64,000 nt of DNA, taken from Acidimicrobiales bacterium (GTDB lineage: Bacteria; Actinomycetota; Acidimicrobiia; Acidimicrobiales; MedAcidi-G1). Below the pieces are notes generated by a model, which saw nothing but the letters and a program-made list of their open reading frames with translations, was not told the origin of the DNA and ran no database searches. Both the position numbers and the translations under genes were made by a program. The stretch spans positions 106 to 64,105 of the forward strand of contig JAPKBH010000008.1 in the NCBI GenBank assembly GCA_028823445.1, written 5' to 3'. This document shows, one piece after another, positions 1 to 10,140 of this stretch. The stretch's first letter is position 1. The number at the start of each line of letters is the position of its first letter.

Positions 1-886
1 CAGCAGCGGCCGACACGTTCATGGAGGCCAAAACCCCTTGCATGGGAATGTACGCCAAAGTGTCGCAGCGCTCAGAGACCAAGCGAGAAAGCCCTGTGCC
101 TTCGGCTCCCATCACCAAAGCCACGCCACCGTCCTCAACCCGTACCTCACCGATAGCCGCTTGCCCACCAGCGTCCAAGCCCACCGACCAAACTCCCACT
201 TCAGCGAGTCGCCTCAAAGCCTTTGGTAGCCCCGACACCGTGCAAAGACGCAAGTGTTCAATAGAGCCGGCGGCCGACTTGGCGGCGGTAGCAGTAATGC
301 GTGCCGCGCGATGCTTAGGCAAAATCACCCCGGTAACTCCGGCACATTCTGCAGAACGCAAGATGGCTCCTAAGTTCCCTGGGTCGGTGACCCCATCAAG
401 CATCAACAAAAAAGGCAGCTCCCCTTTAGGGCCTGGGATCAAGAGGTCTTCGAGTTCATAGTCTTGCAGCGGGGCAGCCAGAGCGAGCACCCCTTGGGGG
501 GCCTCAGTTTTGGCCATGGACTCAAACTTGCCCCGCGGTACCTCTCGGATAGTCACCCGTGCTTCGTCAGCCAAGTCGATGATGTCGTCCAATATCGCTG
601 CCGGGTCAAGGTCGCCGGCCAGCACTACTTCACGGGTACGGCGGTGCCCGGCTAAGAGCAACTCGCGCACTGCTTGGCGGCCTTCTACCTGGTCGCCGCC
701 GAGCCCCTTAACAGCACCCTCGCTACGGCGGCGCACTGGGGTGGCTCCGCGCTGGCTTGAGCCGCGACCTTTTGCGTTGCTAGTGCGGCGAGCCGGGCCG
801 CCCCGTCCACCTTTACCGGTGCGTTCCGCTGGCCTGCCGCGAGACGGCTTTCCCTTGCGTTGCTTGCCACCTGATGTTCGATTCAT
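1..886 (-). CDS. rlmB: 23S rRNA (guanosine-2'-O)-methyltransferase RlmB, TrmH/SpoU family; 3' end cut by the window edge
   Basis: Absent from the ORF track because no stop lies in the window. Hand translation of the minus strand from the ATG at 886-884 gives MNRTSGGKQRKGKPSRGRPAERTGKGGRGGPARR (basic tail), then EGAVKGLGGDQVEGRQAVRE. Further on comes LPFLLMLDGVTDPGNLGAILRSAECAGVTGVILPKHRAA, a SpoU motif. ATGA overlap with the ispF stop. Confidence 0.8.
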   Translation of the reverse strand, partial: MNRTSGGKQRKGKPSRGRPAERTGKGGRGGPARRTSNAKGRGSSQRGATPVRRRSEGAVKGLGGDQVEGRQAVRELLLAGHRRTREVVLAGDLDPAAILDDIIDLADEARVTIREVPRGKFESMAKTEAPQGVLALAAPLQDYELEDLLIPGPKGELPFLLMLDGVTDPGNLGAILRSAECAGVTGVILPKHRAARITATAAKSAAGSIEHLRLCTVSGLPKALRRLAEVGVWSVGLDAGGQAAIGEVRVEDGGVALVMGAEGTGLSRLVSERCDTLAYIPMQGVLASMNVSAAA

Positions 887-1359
887 GTTCGCTCCAATAG
901 TGTTACGGCAAAACAGGCCACGCCTTCTTGGCGCCCTAAGGCCCCCAGGCCCTCGGCACGACGGCCTTTCACCGTTACCGGTGCGCCAATTGCCCGAGTT
1001 AATTTTTTTTGCATTTCTGCTCGGTGGGGAGCCAAGCGGGGGGTTTCTAGAATCACTGTGCAGTCCACGTTAGCCACTTTCCACTGCGCAGCGTTTACGG
1101 CCTCCACGGTGTCGCACAACAAAGCCATGCTGTCTGCTCCAGCCCATTTTTCTTCGGTGTCTGGGTAGCGCTCCCCAATGTCTCCTAAGCCAGCCGCACC
1201 GAGCAGCGCATCAATACAAGCATGAGCAATAACGTCGGCATCGCTGTGGCCCTCCAGGCCCGGGCCATCAAAACGTACGCCCCCCAAAACCATCACCCGC
1301 TCTGGGTCTTCGCTAAAAGGATGCACATCAAAGCCTTGACCTACTCTTATTTCAGGCAT
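883..1359 (-). CDS. ispF: 2-C-methyl-D-erythritol 2,4-cyclodiphosphate synthase
   Basis: 158-aa ORF with GQGFDVHPF and GHSDADV motifs typical of IspF. Overlaps the ispD stop. Confidence 0.95.
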   Translation of the reverse strand: MPEIRVGQGFDVHPFSEDPERVMVLGGVRFDGPGLEGHSDADVIAHACIDALLGAAGLGDIGERYPDTEEKWAGADSMALLCDTVEAVNAAQWKVANVDCTVILETPRLAPHRAEMQKKLTRAIGAPVTVKGRRAEGLGALGRQEGVACFAVTLLERT

Positions 1360-2053
1360 CGGTGTTCCTTAATTTCAGATGGTGGTTGAGTATGGCGAGA
1401 TCTTCCACGTGGGTGACCTTTATATTGCCAGTTTCCCCGGCCACTACCTCTACTTGGCCACCATGAGTTTCCACCAGTGAGGCATCATCGGTCGCTTCTC
1501 CTTGCCCTTGATGCGCTCGGCGCAAAGCCTCAGCAGAAAACCCTTGAGGAGTTTGCACTATTACCACCTGGTTACGGTCCAGCACACCGCCTTGACTCCA
1601 GCGCAGCGAATCAGTGGCCGCAAGACCCGGAATCACCGCATCTGCCCCTTGTCGCACTGCTTCAACTACTGCGGCAAAAAGCGCAGGGGAAGCCAGCGGG
1701 CGGGCCCCATCGTGGACCAACAAAACCTCTGCAGTCGCTGGCACGGCAGCCAGCCCAGCCCGTACCGAAGCCGCTCGTGTCGCTCCTCCGGCCACCACTG
1801 CTGCTACTTTTTCAACATCTTCGAGCAGGTCTTCAACTGCTTGACAACGGTCAGCGGCCGTGACCACCACCACCGCCCCTACCGTCTGGGCGGCGTCCAC
1901 CGAATGCTCAAGTACCGTTTTGTCTCCCAAAGAGGCCACCGACTTATCGGCACCAAAGCGCTCCCCTTGGCCCGCAGATACCACCACTGTCCAAACGTCT
2001 AACGAAGACAACGGGCCGTATCCGGCATGGCTACCACTCATATCAACTAGCAT
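1352..2053 (-). CDS. ispD: 2-C-methyl-D-erythritol 4-phosphate cytidylyltransferase
   Basis: 233-aa ORF with a VVVSAGQGERFG P-loop-like IspD motif. Adjacent to and overlapping ispF. An alternative ATG lies at 2041. Confidence 0.92.
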   Translation of the reverse strand: MLVDMSGSHAGYGPLSSLDVWTVVVSAGQGERFGADKSVASLGDKTVLEHSVDAAQTVGAVVVVTAADRCQAVEDLLEDVEKVAAVVAGGATRAASVRAGLAAVPATAEVLLVHDGARPLASPALFAAVVEAVRQGADAVIPGLAATDSLRWSQGGVLDRNQVVIVQTPQGFSAEALRRAHQGQGEATDDASLVETHGGQVEVVAGETGNIKVTHVEDLAILNHHLKLRNTDA

Positions 2054-2058
2054 GGTCG

Positions 2059-2724
2059 TTGATTATGCCAGACACCACCTTTTTCCAAGAGACTTTGTTG
2101 TTCGCTGAACTTGACCAGTCAGCGCTCGCACCGATTGTTGACCAGTCAGTAGACCGCGAACTGCTTCGGGGCGACGTGATTTTTCGTGAAAATGACAAAC
2201 CCGATGAGCTTTATATTGTGTTTTCTGGGCGGATTGCCATTGCCAATAAGTCCATCGATGGGCGCGAATCAATGGTGGCGTTAATGGAATCGGGTGACCT
2301 TTTCGGAGAAATGGGCCTCTTCGATGGCCACGGCCGGTCTGCGGAAGCTCGGGCCCTTGAGACCTCTATCGTGACCTGCATTCCTTACGCCCCGGTGCGA
2401 GCCCTCTACGAAAACGACCCTCGTCTTTTGTGGCTGGTCGTTGACATGCTGGCCGGGCGACTCCGCAACATGGATGAAGCCTTAGCGGATTCCGTGTTTT
2501 TAGATGTCACCGGCCGTACCGCAAAACGCTTGTTGGATCTAGCCGGCCAAAGCGACGAGTTTTCTCTCCCCATTACTCAAGAAGAGTTAGCGGGCATGGT
2601 GGGGGCTTCGCGCGAACGGGTCAACAAAGCCATTGCTTCGTTTATCCGTTTGGGGTGGATTGAACAGATTGACCGCACTTACCGCATTACTAATCGCCAG
2701 CAACTAGTTATCCGCTCCCGTTAG
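2059..2724 (+). CDS. Crp/Fnr family transcriptional regulator (cNMP-binding domain plus C-terminal HTH)
   Basis: 221 aa. cNMP-binding block GDLFGEMGLFDG..RSAEARAL and HTH TQEELAGMVGASRERVNKAIASF. The ORF-track start at 2059 is TTG, and an ATG follows at 2065. Confidence 0.88.
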   Translation: MIMPDTTFFQETLLFAELDQSALAPIVDQSVDRELLRGDVIFRENDKPDELYIVFSGRIAIANKSIDGRESMVALMESGDLFGEMGLFDGHGRSAEARALETSIVTCIPYAPVRALYENDPRLLWLVVDMLAGRLRNMDEALADSVFLDVTGRTAKRLLDLAGQSDEFSLPITQEELAGMVGASRERVNKAIASFIRLGWIEQIDRTYRITNRQQLVIRSR

Positions 2725-2733
2725 CACTCGCTT

Positions 2734-3396
2734 TTAGTCGCTTACTTCCATCCATTGCGCTACCCGGTGCCACGCATCGGCGGCATCAACAGATCGATGA
2801 GCGGGCCGTGAAGCATCGTGCACAAACCCGTGATCTGCTTCGGGGTAGCGCACCACCTGGGCCCCGGTAGCGGCCAACAATTTTACTTGATCTTCGGGCG
2901 TCCATGAATCCAGGGAGCCCACAATGGCCAACACCGAGGCAGCGTTCCCTTGATCCAGCGCTGCCAACGGTTCAAGAGAGTCATCGTTTTTCCATTGCTC
3001 AGGAACTTGAATCATCCCGTAGAACGGGCAATGGCGATCAAAGCGTTTGGTGGCTACTGCCTTGAGGGCGTACATCCCGCCCATGCAGAACCCCATAACG
3101 CCTACTGGGTCGGCCCCGGTGGCTTCGGCTGCTGCCACGGCATCGCCTAATACTCTTTGGTCGGTGAGCAGGTTGCCGGCCGCCAAGCGGTCAGCCACCT
3201 CAAGGTGTTCCCGACCGGGGTAAAGCTCAAAAGCACAAACCGACCACTGATATTTTTGCGCCAAGGCATCTACCAAGTCAACAAATAACGGGCGCATCCC
3301 CATGATGTCGGGGATTATCACCATACCGCGCTGGGCGGGGCCATTTTTTGGGTGAGCAAGTTCAGCGAGGGTTCCCGAGGGAAGTTCAATTTTCAT
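2734..3396 (-). CDS. dienelactone hydrolase family protein
   Basis: 220 aa, alpha/beta hydrolase with nucleophile elbow GFCMGG and a C-terminal ADHGF histidine motif, as in the DLH family. Confidence 0.8.
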   Translation of the reverse strand: MKIELPSGTLAELAHPKNGPAQRGMVIIPDIMGMRPLFVDLVDALAQKYQWSVCAFELYPGREHLEVADRLAAGNLLTDQRVLGDAVAAAEATGADPVGVMGFCMGGMYALKAVATKRFDRHCPFYGMIQVPEQWKNDDSLEPLAALDQGNAASVLAIVGSLDSWTPEDQVKLLAATGAQVVRYPEADHGFVHDASRPAHRSVDAADAWHRVAQWMEVSD

Positions 3397-3403
3397 AGGG
3401 TTA

Positions 3404-4813
3404 TTATTGCGGAGAAACCTCTTCGGGGGAAGAACGGTCCGCTTGCAAGGCTGCTTTTACTGCTTCGGCTACCGTGGCTACCCGAATCGTTCGCATACCT
3501 TCCGGCGGTTCGGGGGCCGAAAGGGGAATCACTGCGGTACGAAACCCCAGTCGATGGGCTTCGGCTAAACGTTGCTCACTACGGCTTACTTGACGAATTT
3601 CTCCACCCAGACCGACCTCGCCACAAGCCACCGTGTCCGGGTTAAGTGGCCGACCCGTGGCCGCTGAAGCCACCGCCAAAGCCAATGGCAGATCAGCCCC
3701 GGGCTCAGTGACCGCTACCCCGCCTACCGCTCCCACAAAAACATCAACCGCCCCTAAAGGCAAACCAGCCCACCGCTCCAACACAGCCAACAACAGCGCC
3801 AACCGGCGGGCGTCAATCCCCTGTGAGGAGCGCCGCGGGTGCGGGGTAGTTGAGGGCACCACCAAGGCCTGCAACTCGACGAGTAGCGGGCGGTGGCCTT
3901 CTAAAGCAGGAAAAACCACTGACCCCGGGGATTCGGTGGCTCGGTCGGCCAAAAAAAGTCGGCTGGGGTCTTTTACGGAACTCAAACCTTCCATGCTCAT
4001 TTCGAACACCCCCAAAGCATCGGTAGGTCCAAAACGATTTTTAGCCACCCGTAGCAGTCGCAAGGCATGATGACGGTCCCCAGAAAGTTCCACCACCGTG
4101 TCTACAACATGTTCGAGAACTTTGGGCCCAGCGAGCGAACCGTCTTTTACCAAGTGCCCCACCAAAATGGTGGCCATGTTTCTTGTTTTGGCTTCAGCCA
4201 CCAATCGGTGGGCGCAAGCACGTACTTGTCCCGCCGTGCCAGGGGTGGCCCCCGCTCCTTCGATATGCACCGTCTGGATAGAGTCCACAATCAACAACTC
4301 GGGAGCGAGTTCGTCAAGTTGCTCTACCACAGCTTCTACCGCCGCATCGGTAGAAAGCCAAAGGTCGTCATGTAAAGCATTGAGGCGTTCTGCCCTTTGT
4401 CCTACTTGAGCCGCTGATTCTTCTGCGCTTACCAACAACACCCGCCGCCCTTGGTTGGCCCACGAAGCGGCCAGTTGCATGGTTAGCGTAGATTTACCAA
4501 TGCCTGGTTCGCCGCCCAGCAGGGTGACTGAACCGGGTACTAAACCACCCGATAACGCTCGGTCAAGTTCTGCCACCCCAGTGGTCTGGGCGGTAGCGGT
4601 AACCCGCTCTACCTCGGTGAGCGGTACTGCTTTCCCTCGGGTGGCCACCACCTGGACAGAAGCGTTGCCACCCGCTACTACCGTTTCTTCAAGGGTGTTC
4701 CACTCGCGACACTGTGAGCAGTTTCCTGTCCACTTGGGGTAGGAGTGCCCGCACGATGAACATACATATACCCGCCGAGGGCGAGCCGAACCAAGTGATT
4801 TAGATGAAGCCAT
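3404..4813 (-). CDS. radA: DNA repair protein RadA
   Basis: 469 aa. N-terminal zinc finger CSSCGHSYPKWTGNCSQCREWNT, Walker A GGEPGIGKST, KNRFG motif and a Lon-like C-terminal domain. Confidence 0.96.
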   Translation of the reverse strand: MASSKSLGSARPRRVYVCSSCGHSYPKWTGNCSQCREWNTLEETVVAGGNASVQVVATRGKAVPLTEVERVTATAQTTGVAELDRALSGGLVPGSVTLLGGEPGIGKSTLTMQLAASWANQGRRVLLVSAEESAAQVGQRAERLNALHDDLWLSTDAAVEAVVEQLDELAPELLIVDSIQTVHIEGAGATPGTAGQVRACAHRLVAEAKTRNMATILVGHLVKDGSLAGPKVLEHVVDTVVELSGDRHHALRLLRVAKNRFGPTDALGVFEMSMEGLSSVKDPSRLFLADRATESPGSVVFPALEGHRPLLVELQALVVPSTTPHPRRSSQGIDARRLALLLAVLERWAGLPLGAVDVFVGAVGGVAVTEPGADLPLALAVASAATGRPLNPDTVACGEVGLGGEIRQVSRSEQRLAEAHRLGFRTAVIPLSAPEPPEGMRTIRVATVAEAVKAALQADRSSPEEVSPQ

Positions 4814-4853
4814 AGGAAGACCTTAGGCGTGACCTGTGACAGTCCCAAAGAAC

Positions 4854-6410
4854 CTAAGAATCGGACGGCTCTTCTGGTTGTTCATCAAGGGGCGCCTCGG
4901 CTTCAGTCGTGACCGGCTCCGGGGGCGGGGCTGGGGTGTTGGGCTTAAATAACTCGGCGAACCCATCGATCACCGGGTGCGGAAAACCCTCAGGGATAAG
5001 TGCCGTGCCACGCAACAAGACGGTAGACAAGCCCATCCCACGGGCTGCTTCTAACGTCGCCGAATCAGAATCAATCAACAACATATTATGGAATGAGACT
5101 CCGGTCATACGGCGCAACGCTTCAAACATTGCTTGGCTGGGTTTACGTGCCCCAACCTCACCACTGACCACCCAATGTTGGATCAAGTCATCAAGCCCAA
5201 AACGGTTCTTTAGCTGCACCGACCACGGCAAAACCGCATTGGTAAAACAAGCCACCTGAAGGTTGCGTTCTTTCATGCGATCCAAAAAGGGGATGACGTC
5301 CGAACGAATCCCTACCTGCGAAAGATATTCCGCATCCAAGTCGGTTTCTATCCCGGTGATTCCTACCGAGGACCAAAAATCGTTAGCAGAAACATGCCCC
5401 AAACTTGCCGCCCGGTAGCGCTCAGCGATCTCTTGAGGGTTGGCAATCCCGCCCCGTTGACGCACGAAAGGCACCAACAGGCCTTCGGGGTCGGTGCCCA
5501 CATCCCAAATGACCCCCACCCCGCCCACCACCAAAAGCTCCAGGGTTCGTTCACCAGATTCCTGGGGTTTCGCCACGGGAGGCGGCGTACCTTTTCTTGC
5601 TCGACGAGTGGGCGCCGCAGGTTTAGGAAGTGACGGCCCTGCTTGGCGACCTATCGCCAGACGCACGATTTGGAAAACCACTGCCAACACAAAAAGTACC
5701 GCAGCGATGGCCGCCGCAGTTCGCCACATGCGGGGTGTTCGGTCTTCAAGCGTCCAAGACAAGGTGAACGGTTCAGCGAGTTCTTCTCCTAAACCCAATT
5801 CCCAGTGAGCCACCTTGTCTTGCATTACTCCATTGGTGGCACCGGTTTCTGGAAGCACTACCTGGAGTTCAAAAGCGAAGGCATCTTCTGCAGAACAGCT
5901 TTCCTCTGCGCAGCCCGCTAACCCACGAATTTCTTCTTCGGTGTGCCCAAGGGTGAGACCCGACAGGGTGGCATCGAGGTCGGCATCGCTAAACAAAGCA
6001 AGCCCTGCGGTGAGGTCCACCGAACCGGTTAGTGCCCATGAGGTGCGAGCAAACGAGCGCTCTCTGGTCAAAGCCACGTCAGTGAATACTCCCGGGCCAG
6101 CGATATCGCGCAGTACCGCAGGAAGCCGCTCCGGTACCGCAAAGGGCTTGCTGGCGTACAGTCGAGTCGTCCCGTCTGTTGCTGCTTGTTCGGGGCCTTC
6201 TACCGTCCATCCGGCATCGGCTAAATCGTTCAACCGCAGTTGATTCTCGAGGCTTCCCACGGCTTGAAGCGCTTCTTCATCTAGGGCTACCGCTACTTCA
6301 ACGACGCCCGAACCATCGGGGGCCACGTTGATGGTCACCGTGGTGTCCACCTGACAAGCTGTTAAACCCAGCAGGACCCCAAAAATCCAGAGAGGGAGGA
6401 GGCGTCGCAT
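4854..6410 (-). CDS. LppM/DUF3153-like lipoprotein domain, one transmembrane helix, Pro-rich linker and C-terminal HAD-IA phosphatase domain (fusion protein)
   Basis: The ORF-track ORF runs to 6581, but that overlaps the clpC 3' end by 113 nt. An internal ATG at 6410 gives MRRLLPLWIFGVLLGLTAC, a signal peptide with lipobox LTAC. TM helix AAAIAAVLFVLAVVFQIVRLAI. HAD motifs: VIWDVGTD, CFTNA, GARKP, LIDSDSATLEAARGMG. Confidence 0.7.
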   Translation of the reverse strand: MRRLLPLWIFGVLLGLTACQVDTTVTINVAPDGSGVVEVAVALDEEALQAVGSLENQLRLNDLADAGWTVEGPEQAATDGTTRLYASKPFAVPERLPAVLRDIAGPGVFTDVALTRERSFARTSWALTGSVDLTAGLALFSDADLDATLSGLTLGHTEEEIRGLAGCAEESCSAEDAFAFELQVVLPETGATNGVMQDKVAHWELGLGEELAEPFTLSWTLEDRTPRMWRTAAAIAAVLFVLAVVFQIVRLAIGRQAGPSLPKPAAPTRRARKGTPPPVAKPQESGERTLELLVVGGVGVIWDVGTDPEGLLVPFVRQRGGIANPQEIAERYRAASLGHVSANDFWSSVGITGIETDLDAEYLSQVGIRSDVIPFLDRMKERNLQVACFTNAVLPWSVQLKNRFGLDDLIQHWVVSGEVGARKPSQAMFEALRRMTGVSFHNMLLIDSDSATLEAARGMGLSTVLLRGTALIPEGFPHPVIDGFAELFKPNTPAPPPEPVTTEAEAPLDEQPEEPSDS

Positions 6411-6468
6411 AATGGGTAACGCTAGATCATGAACGAGCTGTTGCCTCGGCGGAACATCCACCGTGGGG

Positions 6469-9000
6469 TTATTCCACTCCCTCAACTGCCATCTCGACCG
6501 TTGGGGGCTCGAAGCCTTCGATGGTGCGGAAGGCGATTTTTTGTTTACCGGCGTTTTCTTCGTCATCTTCAACGTCGACAATTACTATTTCTCCGGCCCG
6601 GAACTCTTTATGCAAGAGACGTTCGGAAAGCGGGTCCTCGACCAACCGTTGCAGAGCACGCCGCAAGGGACGTGCACCCATGGAGGGGTCATAGCCTTGT
6701 ACAGCCAAGTGCGCTTTAGCAGCATCGGTGAGTTCAAGGCCCATGCCCTGGCCCGCCAATTGCTTGGCTAAACGCTTCACCATGAGGTCCACAATGCGGG
6801 TGACTTCATCAACGCTGAGTTCATGGAAAACAATGGTGTCGTCAATACGGTTTAAGAACTCTGGGCGGAAGTGATCTTTCAAGGCATCTTGCACCTTGGC
6901 TTTCATCCGTTCGTAGCTCACCGCTTCATCATTTTTAGTGAAACCCAAGTTGGCTTTGCGCAGGTCGGCTGTACCCAAGTTGGAGGTCATGATGAGCACC
7001 GTGTTGCGGAAGTCCACCGACCTCCCTTGCGCATCGGTAAGTCGGCCTTCTTCAAGGATCTGCAACAACGTGTTGAACACGTCAGGGTGAGCTTTTTCTA
7101 CCTCGTCGAACAGCACCACAGAGAAAGGCCGACGGCGTACCGCTTCAGTCAACTGGCCACCTTCGTCGTAGCCCACATAGCCCGGAGGGGAACCAACCAA
7201 ACGGCTCACCGTGTGTTTTTCCATGTATTCCGACATGTCGAGCGAAATAAGGGCTGTTTCGTCGCCGAACAAGAACTCCGCCAACGTTTTCGCCAACTCT
7301 GTTTTACCTACCCCGGAAGGGCCTAAGAAAATAAACGAACCAGAAGGGCGTTTCGGATCTTTTAGCCCCGCTCGAGTACGGCGGATCGCTTGGCTTACTG
7401 CCTTAATGGCGTCCTCTTGGCCAATGACCCGTTTATGCAGTTCGTCTTCCATACGAAGAAGTTTTTGGGTTTCTTCTTCGGTCAACTTGTACACCGGTAT
7501 ACCGGTCCATACGGAAAGAACTTCGGCAATGGACTCTTCGTCTACCTCGTCAAATAAGTCAACGCCGGTTTCACGAATTTCGCCTTCGCGTTCTTCTTTT
7601 TCTGCTTGGAGTTCTTTTTCGCGGTCACGAAGTTGCCCCGCTTCTTCAAAGTCTTGCGCCTCGACCGCTGCTTTCTTTTTCTGCGTAACCTCGGCCAAGG
7701 AACTTTCGAGCTCTCGTAAATCTTCTGGGGTGCGCATGCGTTTAATGCGCATACGCGAGCCTGCTTCATCAATAAGGTCAATGGCCTTATCGGGCAAAAA
7801 GCGGTCTGAAATGTAGCGATCAGCCAAGTTGGCGGCCGCCACCAACGCTTGGTCGGTGATGGTTACCCGGTGATGGCTTTCGTAACGTTCGCGTAGGCCT
7901 TTAAGAATTTCGATGGTGTGGGCCACCGAAGGTTCATCTACCTTTACCGGTTGAAAACGGCGTTCCAAAGCAGCGTCTTTTTCGAAGTATTTACGGTATT
8001 CATCTAGCGTGGTAGCCCCGATGGTTTGCAATTCGCCGCGAGCCAACATGGGCTTCAAAATAGATGCTGCGTCGATGGCCCCTTCAGCCGCACCGGCACC
8101 CACCAGAGTATGGATTTCGTCGATGAACAAGATGATGTCGCCGCGGGTGGTGATTTCTTTTAATACTTTCTTCAACCGCTCTTCGAAGTCCCCGCGATAG
8201 CGGCTTCCGGCCACCAAGGCACCTAAATCAAGGGTGTAGAGCTGCTTGTTGTGAATGGTTTCAGGGACCTCATCGTTAGCGATGAGTTGCGCCAAGCCCT
8301 CCACGATTGCTGTCTTGCCGACCCCTGGTTCACCAATCAGCACTGGGTTATTTTTGGTGCGTCGAGAAAGCACTTGCATGATTCGCTCGGATTCACGAGA
8401 CCGGCCAATAACCGGGTCGAGTTTATTGTCGCGAGCCAACTGCGTCATGTTGCGGCCGAATTGATCCAAGATGACCGAGCCTGACGAAGCATCGCCACCA
8501 CTGCCCCCGGAGGTTGCGCCACTTTTTTCTTGTGCATCAGGTCCAGGACCGCTCCCGCTGCCTGAGTACCCCGACAAAAGTTGAATCACTTGTTGGCGCA
8601 CCCGAGAAAGGTCGGCACCTAACTTGCTAAGTACCTGAGCGGCTACCCCTTCGCCTTCGCGAATAAGGCCCAACAAAATGTGTTCGGTGCCGATGTAGTT
8701 GTGGCCCAATTGAAGGGCTTCACGTAACGAAAGTTCTAAAACTTTTTTTGCTCGCGGAGTAAACGGGATGTGACCGCTGGGGGCTTGCCCGCCTTGGCCA
8801 ATGATTTCTTCAACCTGTTCGCGTACTGCTTCGAGCGATACACCAAGAGAGTCCAGCGAACGCGCTGCTACCCCTTCGCCTTCATGTATCAAACCAAGCA
8901 GAATATGCTCGGTTCCGATGTAATTGTGGTTAAGGGTGCGCGCCTCTTCTTGCGCCAACACCACCACCCTGCGGGCCCTGTCAGTAAAACGTTCGAACAA
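6469..9000 (-). CDS. clpC: ATP-dependent Clp protease ATP-binding subunit ClpC
   Basis: 843 aa. Starts [21 protein letters not shown], with duplicated Clp_N repeats, two AAA+ Walker A motifs ([16 protein letters not shown]) and a UVR-like middle region. The start codon is TTG, preceded by GAGGAGA. Confidence 0.97.
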   Translation of the reverse strand: MFERFTDRARRVVVLAQEEARTLNHNYIGTEHILLGLIHEGEGVAARSLDSLGVSLEAVREQVEEIIGQGGQAPSGHIPFTPRAKKVLELSLREALQLGHNYIGTEHILLGLIREGEGVAAQVLSKLGADLSRVRQQVIQLLSGYSGSGSGPGPDAQEKSGATSGGSGGDASSGSVILDQFGRNMTQLARDNKLDPVIGRSRESERIMQVLSRRTKNNPVLIGEPGVGKTAIVEGLAQLIANDEVPETIHNKQLYTLDLGALVAGSRYRGDFEERLKKVLKEITTRGDIILFIDEIHTLVGAGAAEGAIDAASILKPMLARGELQTIGATTLDEYRKYFEKDAALERRFQPVKVDEPSVAHTIEILKGLRERYESHHRVTITDQALVAAANLADRYISDRFLPDKAIDLIDEAGSRMRIKRMRTPEDLRELESSLAEVTQKKKAAVEAQDFEEAGQLRDREKELQAEKEEREGEIRETGVDLFDEVDEESIAEVLSVWTGIPVYKLTEEETQKLLRMEDELHKRVIGQEDAIKAVSQAIRRTRAGLKDPKRPSGSFIFLGPSGVGKTELAKTLAEFLFGDETALISLDMSEYMEKHTVSRLVGSPPGYVGYDEGGQLTEAVRRRPFSVVLFDEVEKAHPDVFNTLLQILEEGRLTDAQGRSVDFRNTVLIMTSNLGTADLRKANLGFTKNDEAVSYERMKAKVQDALKDHFRPEFLNRIDDTIVFHELSVDEVTRIVDLMVKRLAKQLAGQGMGLELTDAAKAHLAVQGYDPSMGARPLRRALQRLVEDPLSERLLHKEFRAGEIVIVDVEDDEENAGKQKIAFRTIEGFEPPTVEMAVEGVE

Positions 9001-9174
9001 CCGGTTCTCCTCTGAATCTTGTAGTACCTAAGTGTACCGCTCTTCTGTGACGACCCACGGACAGCCTTTCTCAGGTTTTTTCTGCTCTGAACCAAAGAGA
9101 TGGTTTTTCGCGGCCGGTTGTGGGCGTATCCTCACCACGTGGCTTCCCCTTCACCTCTTTTGACACTTCCCGGC

Positions 9175-10140
9175 ATGGCTGGCGATATTGAGCGCGTCAA
9201 CGACGAACTTCGCCGCTCGGTGCAATCACCGGATGATTTCCTGACCGAGGTGGCTTTACATCTCATTAGCGCAGGAGGAAAACGGGTACGTCCGGCCTTG
9301 GCCATTACGACCTCGCTTTTGCCCAGCAGCGACCCGGGCCCCGCCGACCACGACGTTATTCGTGGCGGGGTAGCCATTGAGCTCGTGCATCAAGGTTCGC
9401 TTTACCACGACGATGTTATGGATGGTGCTGAAACACGACGCAACGTGCAGAGCGTCAACGCCAAATGGGGAAACCGAGAAGCCATTTTGTCGGGCGACTT
9501 TTTGTTGGCTCGGGCTTCGGGGATCGCCGCCGACTTAGGCACCGAAGTAGCCGGGCTTCTCGCCGACACCATTGCCTCGCTTTGTGAAGGCCAAGTCCGT
9601 GAACTGCAACACGCCTTCGATGTTGACCGCAGCGAAGAGGCTTACTTTCAATCAATCTCCGGCAAAACCGCAGTGCTTCTGGCTGCCGCCGGGCGCGTCG
9701 GAGCCCTCGTGGCCGACCACCCCCGCTACTTGATCGAGGCCGTGACCTCTTTTGGGCATTTCTACGGGATGGCCTTTCAAGTAATTGATGACGTGCTCGA
9801 TGTGGTGGCCACCGACGAACAACTGGGCAAACCAGCGGGCAACGACCTCGTAGAAGGGGTCTACACTTTGCCGGTTATCCGTGCCCTGGCTGGGCCTGCA
9901 GGACAACAACTCCGCCACCTCTTGGGTGGCCCTATTGACGCAGCCGCTCGCGACCAAGCCCGAGACTTGGTCCGCCAAGATGAAGCCATGGGCTCAGCGA
10001 TGGCTACCGCAGTGGACTACACCAACCGGGCTCGTTCGGCGCTCAACGACCTCTCGCCCACTCCGGCGCTCGCTACTTTGCAGATGACCTGCGACCTCTT
10101 ACTTGATCGTGCCAATGACGTAACCGGCACACATTTTTAG
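9175..10140 (+). CDS. polyprenyl diphosphate synthase (trans-isoprenyl diphosphate synthase family)
   Basis: Motifs GGKRVRP, first DDxxD block LYHDDVMDG and second block FQVIDDVLD. The ORF track starts at 9100. The ATG at 9175 gives a family-typical N-terminus. Chain-length specificity cannot be called. Confidence 0.85.
   Translation: MAGDIERVNDELRRSVQSPDDFLTEVALHLISAGGKRVRPALAITTSLLPSSDPGPADHDVIRGGVAIELVHQGSLYHDDVMDGAETRRNVQSVNAKWGNREAILSGDFLLARASGIAADLGTEVAGLLADTIASLCEGQVRELQHAFDVDRSEEAYFQSISGKTAVLLAAAGRVGALVADHPRYLIEAVTSFGHFYGMAFQVIDDVLDVVATDEQLGKPAGNDLVEGVYTLPVIRALAGPAGQQLRHLLGGPIDAAARDQARDLVRQDEAMGSAMATAVDYTNRARSALNDLSPTPALATLQMTCDLLLDRANDVTGTHF

Noticed and set aside
510-1073. 187-aa plus-strand ORF across the rlmB/ispF junction, plus the 21..461 plus-strand ORF
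   Set aside because: Hand translation of the minus strand shows a continuous RlmB with SpoU motifs, so the plus-strand ORFs are antisense artefacts.
5490-5530. Apparent loss of the HAD DxD nucleophile motif (first read as VVGGVGV), suggesting a dead HAD domain
   Set aside because: On re-alignment the motif is VIWDVGTD. This is a DxG variant like that of E. coli YihX (FDLGNV, recalled from memory), which keeps the Asp nucleophile. There are no grounds to call it a pseudoenzyme.
6411-6581. N-terminal 57 residues of the ORF-track version of the lipoprotein-HAD gene
   Set aside because: This extension would overlap the clpC 3' end by 113 nt and is basic and low-complexity. The internal ATG at 6410 gives a textbook lipoprotein signal peptide.
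9001-9174. ClgR-type operator or other regulator site upstream of clpC
   Set aside because: I found only a loose GTAC-containing pseudo-palindrome (GGTACACTTAGGTACT), and nothing resembling the CGC-N5-GCG ClgR motif. This is not enough to make a call.
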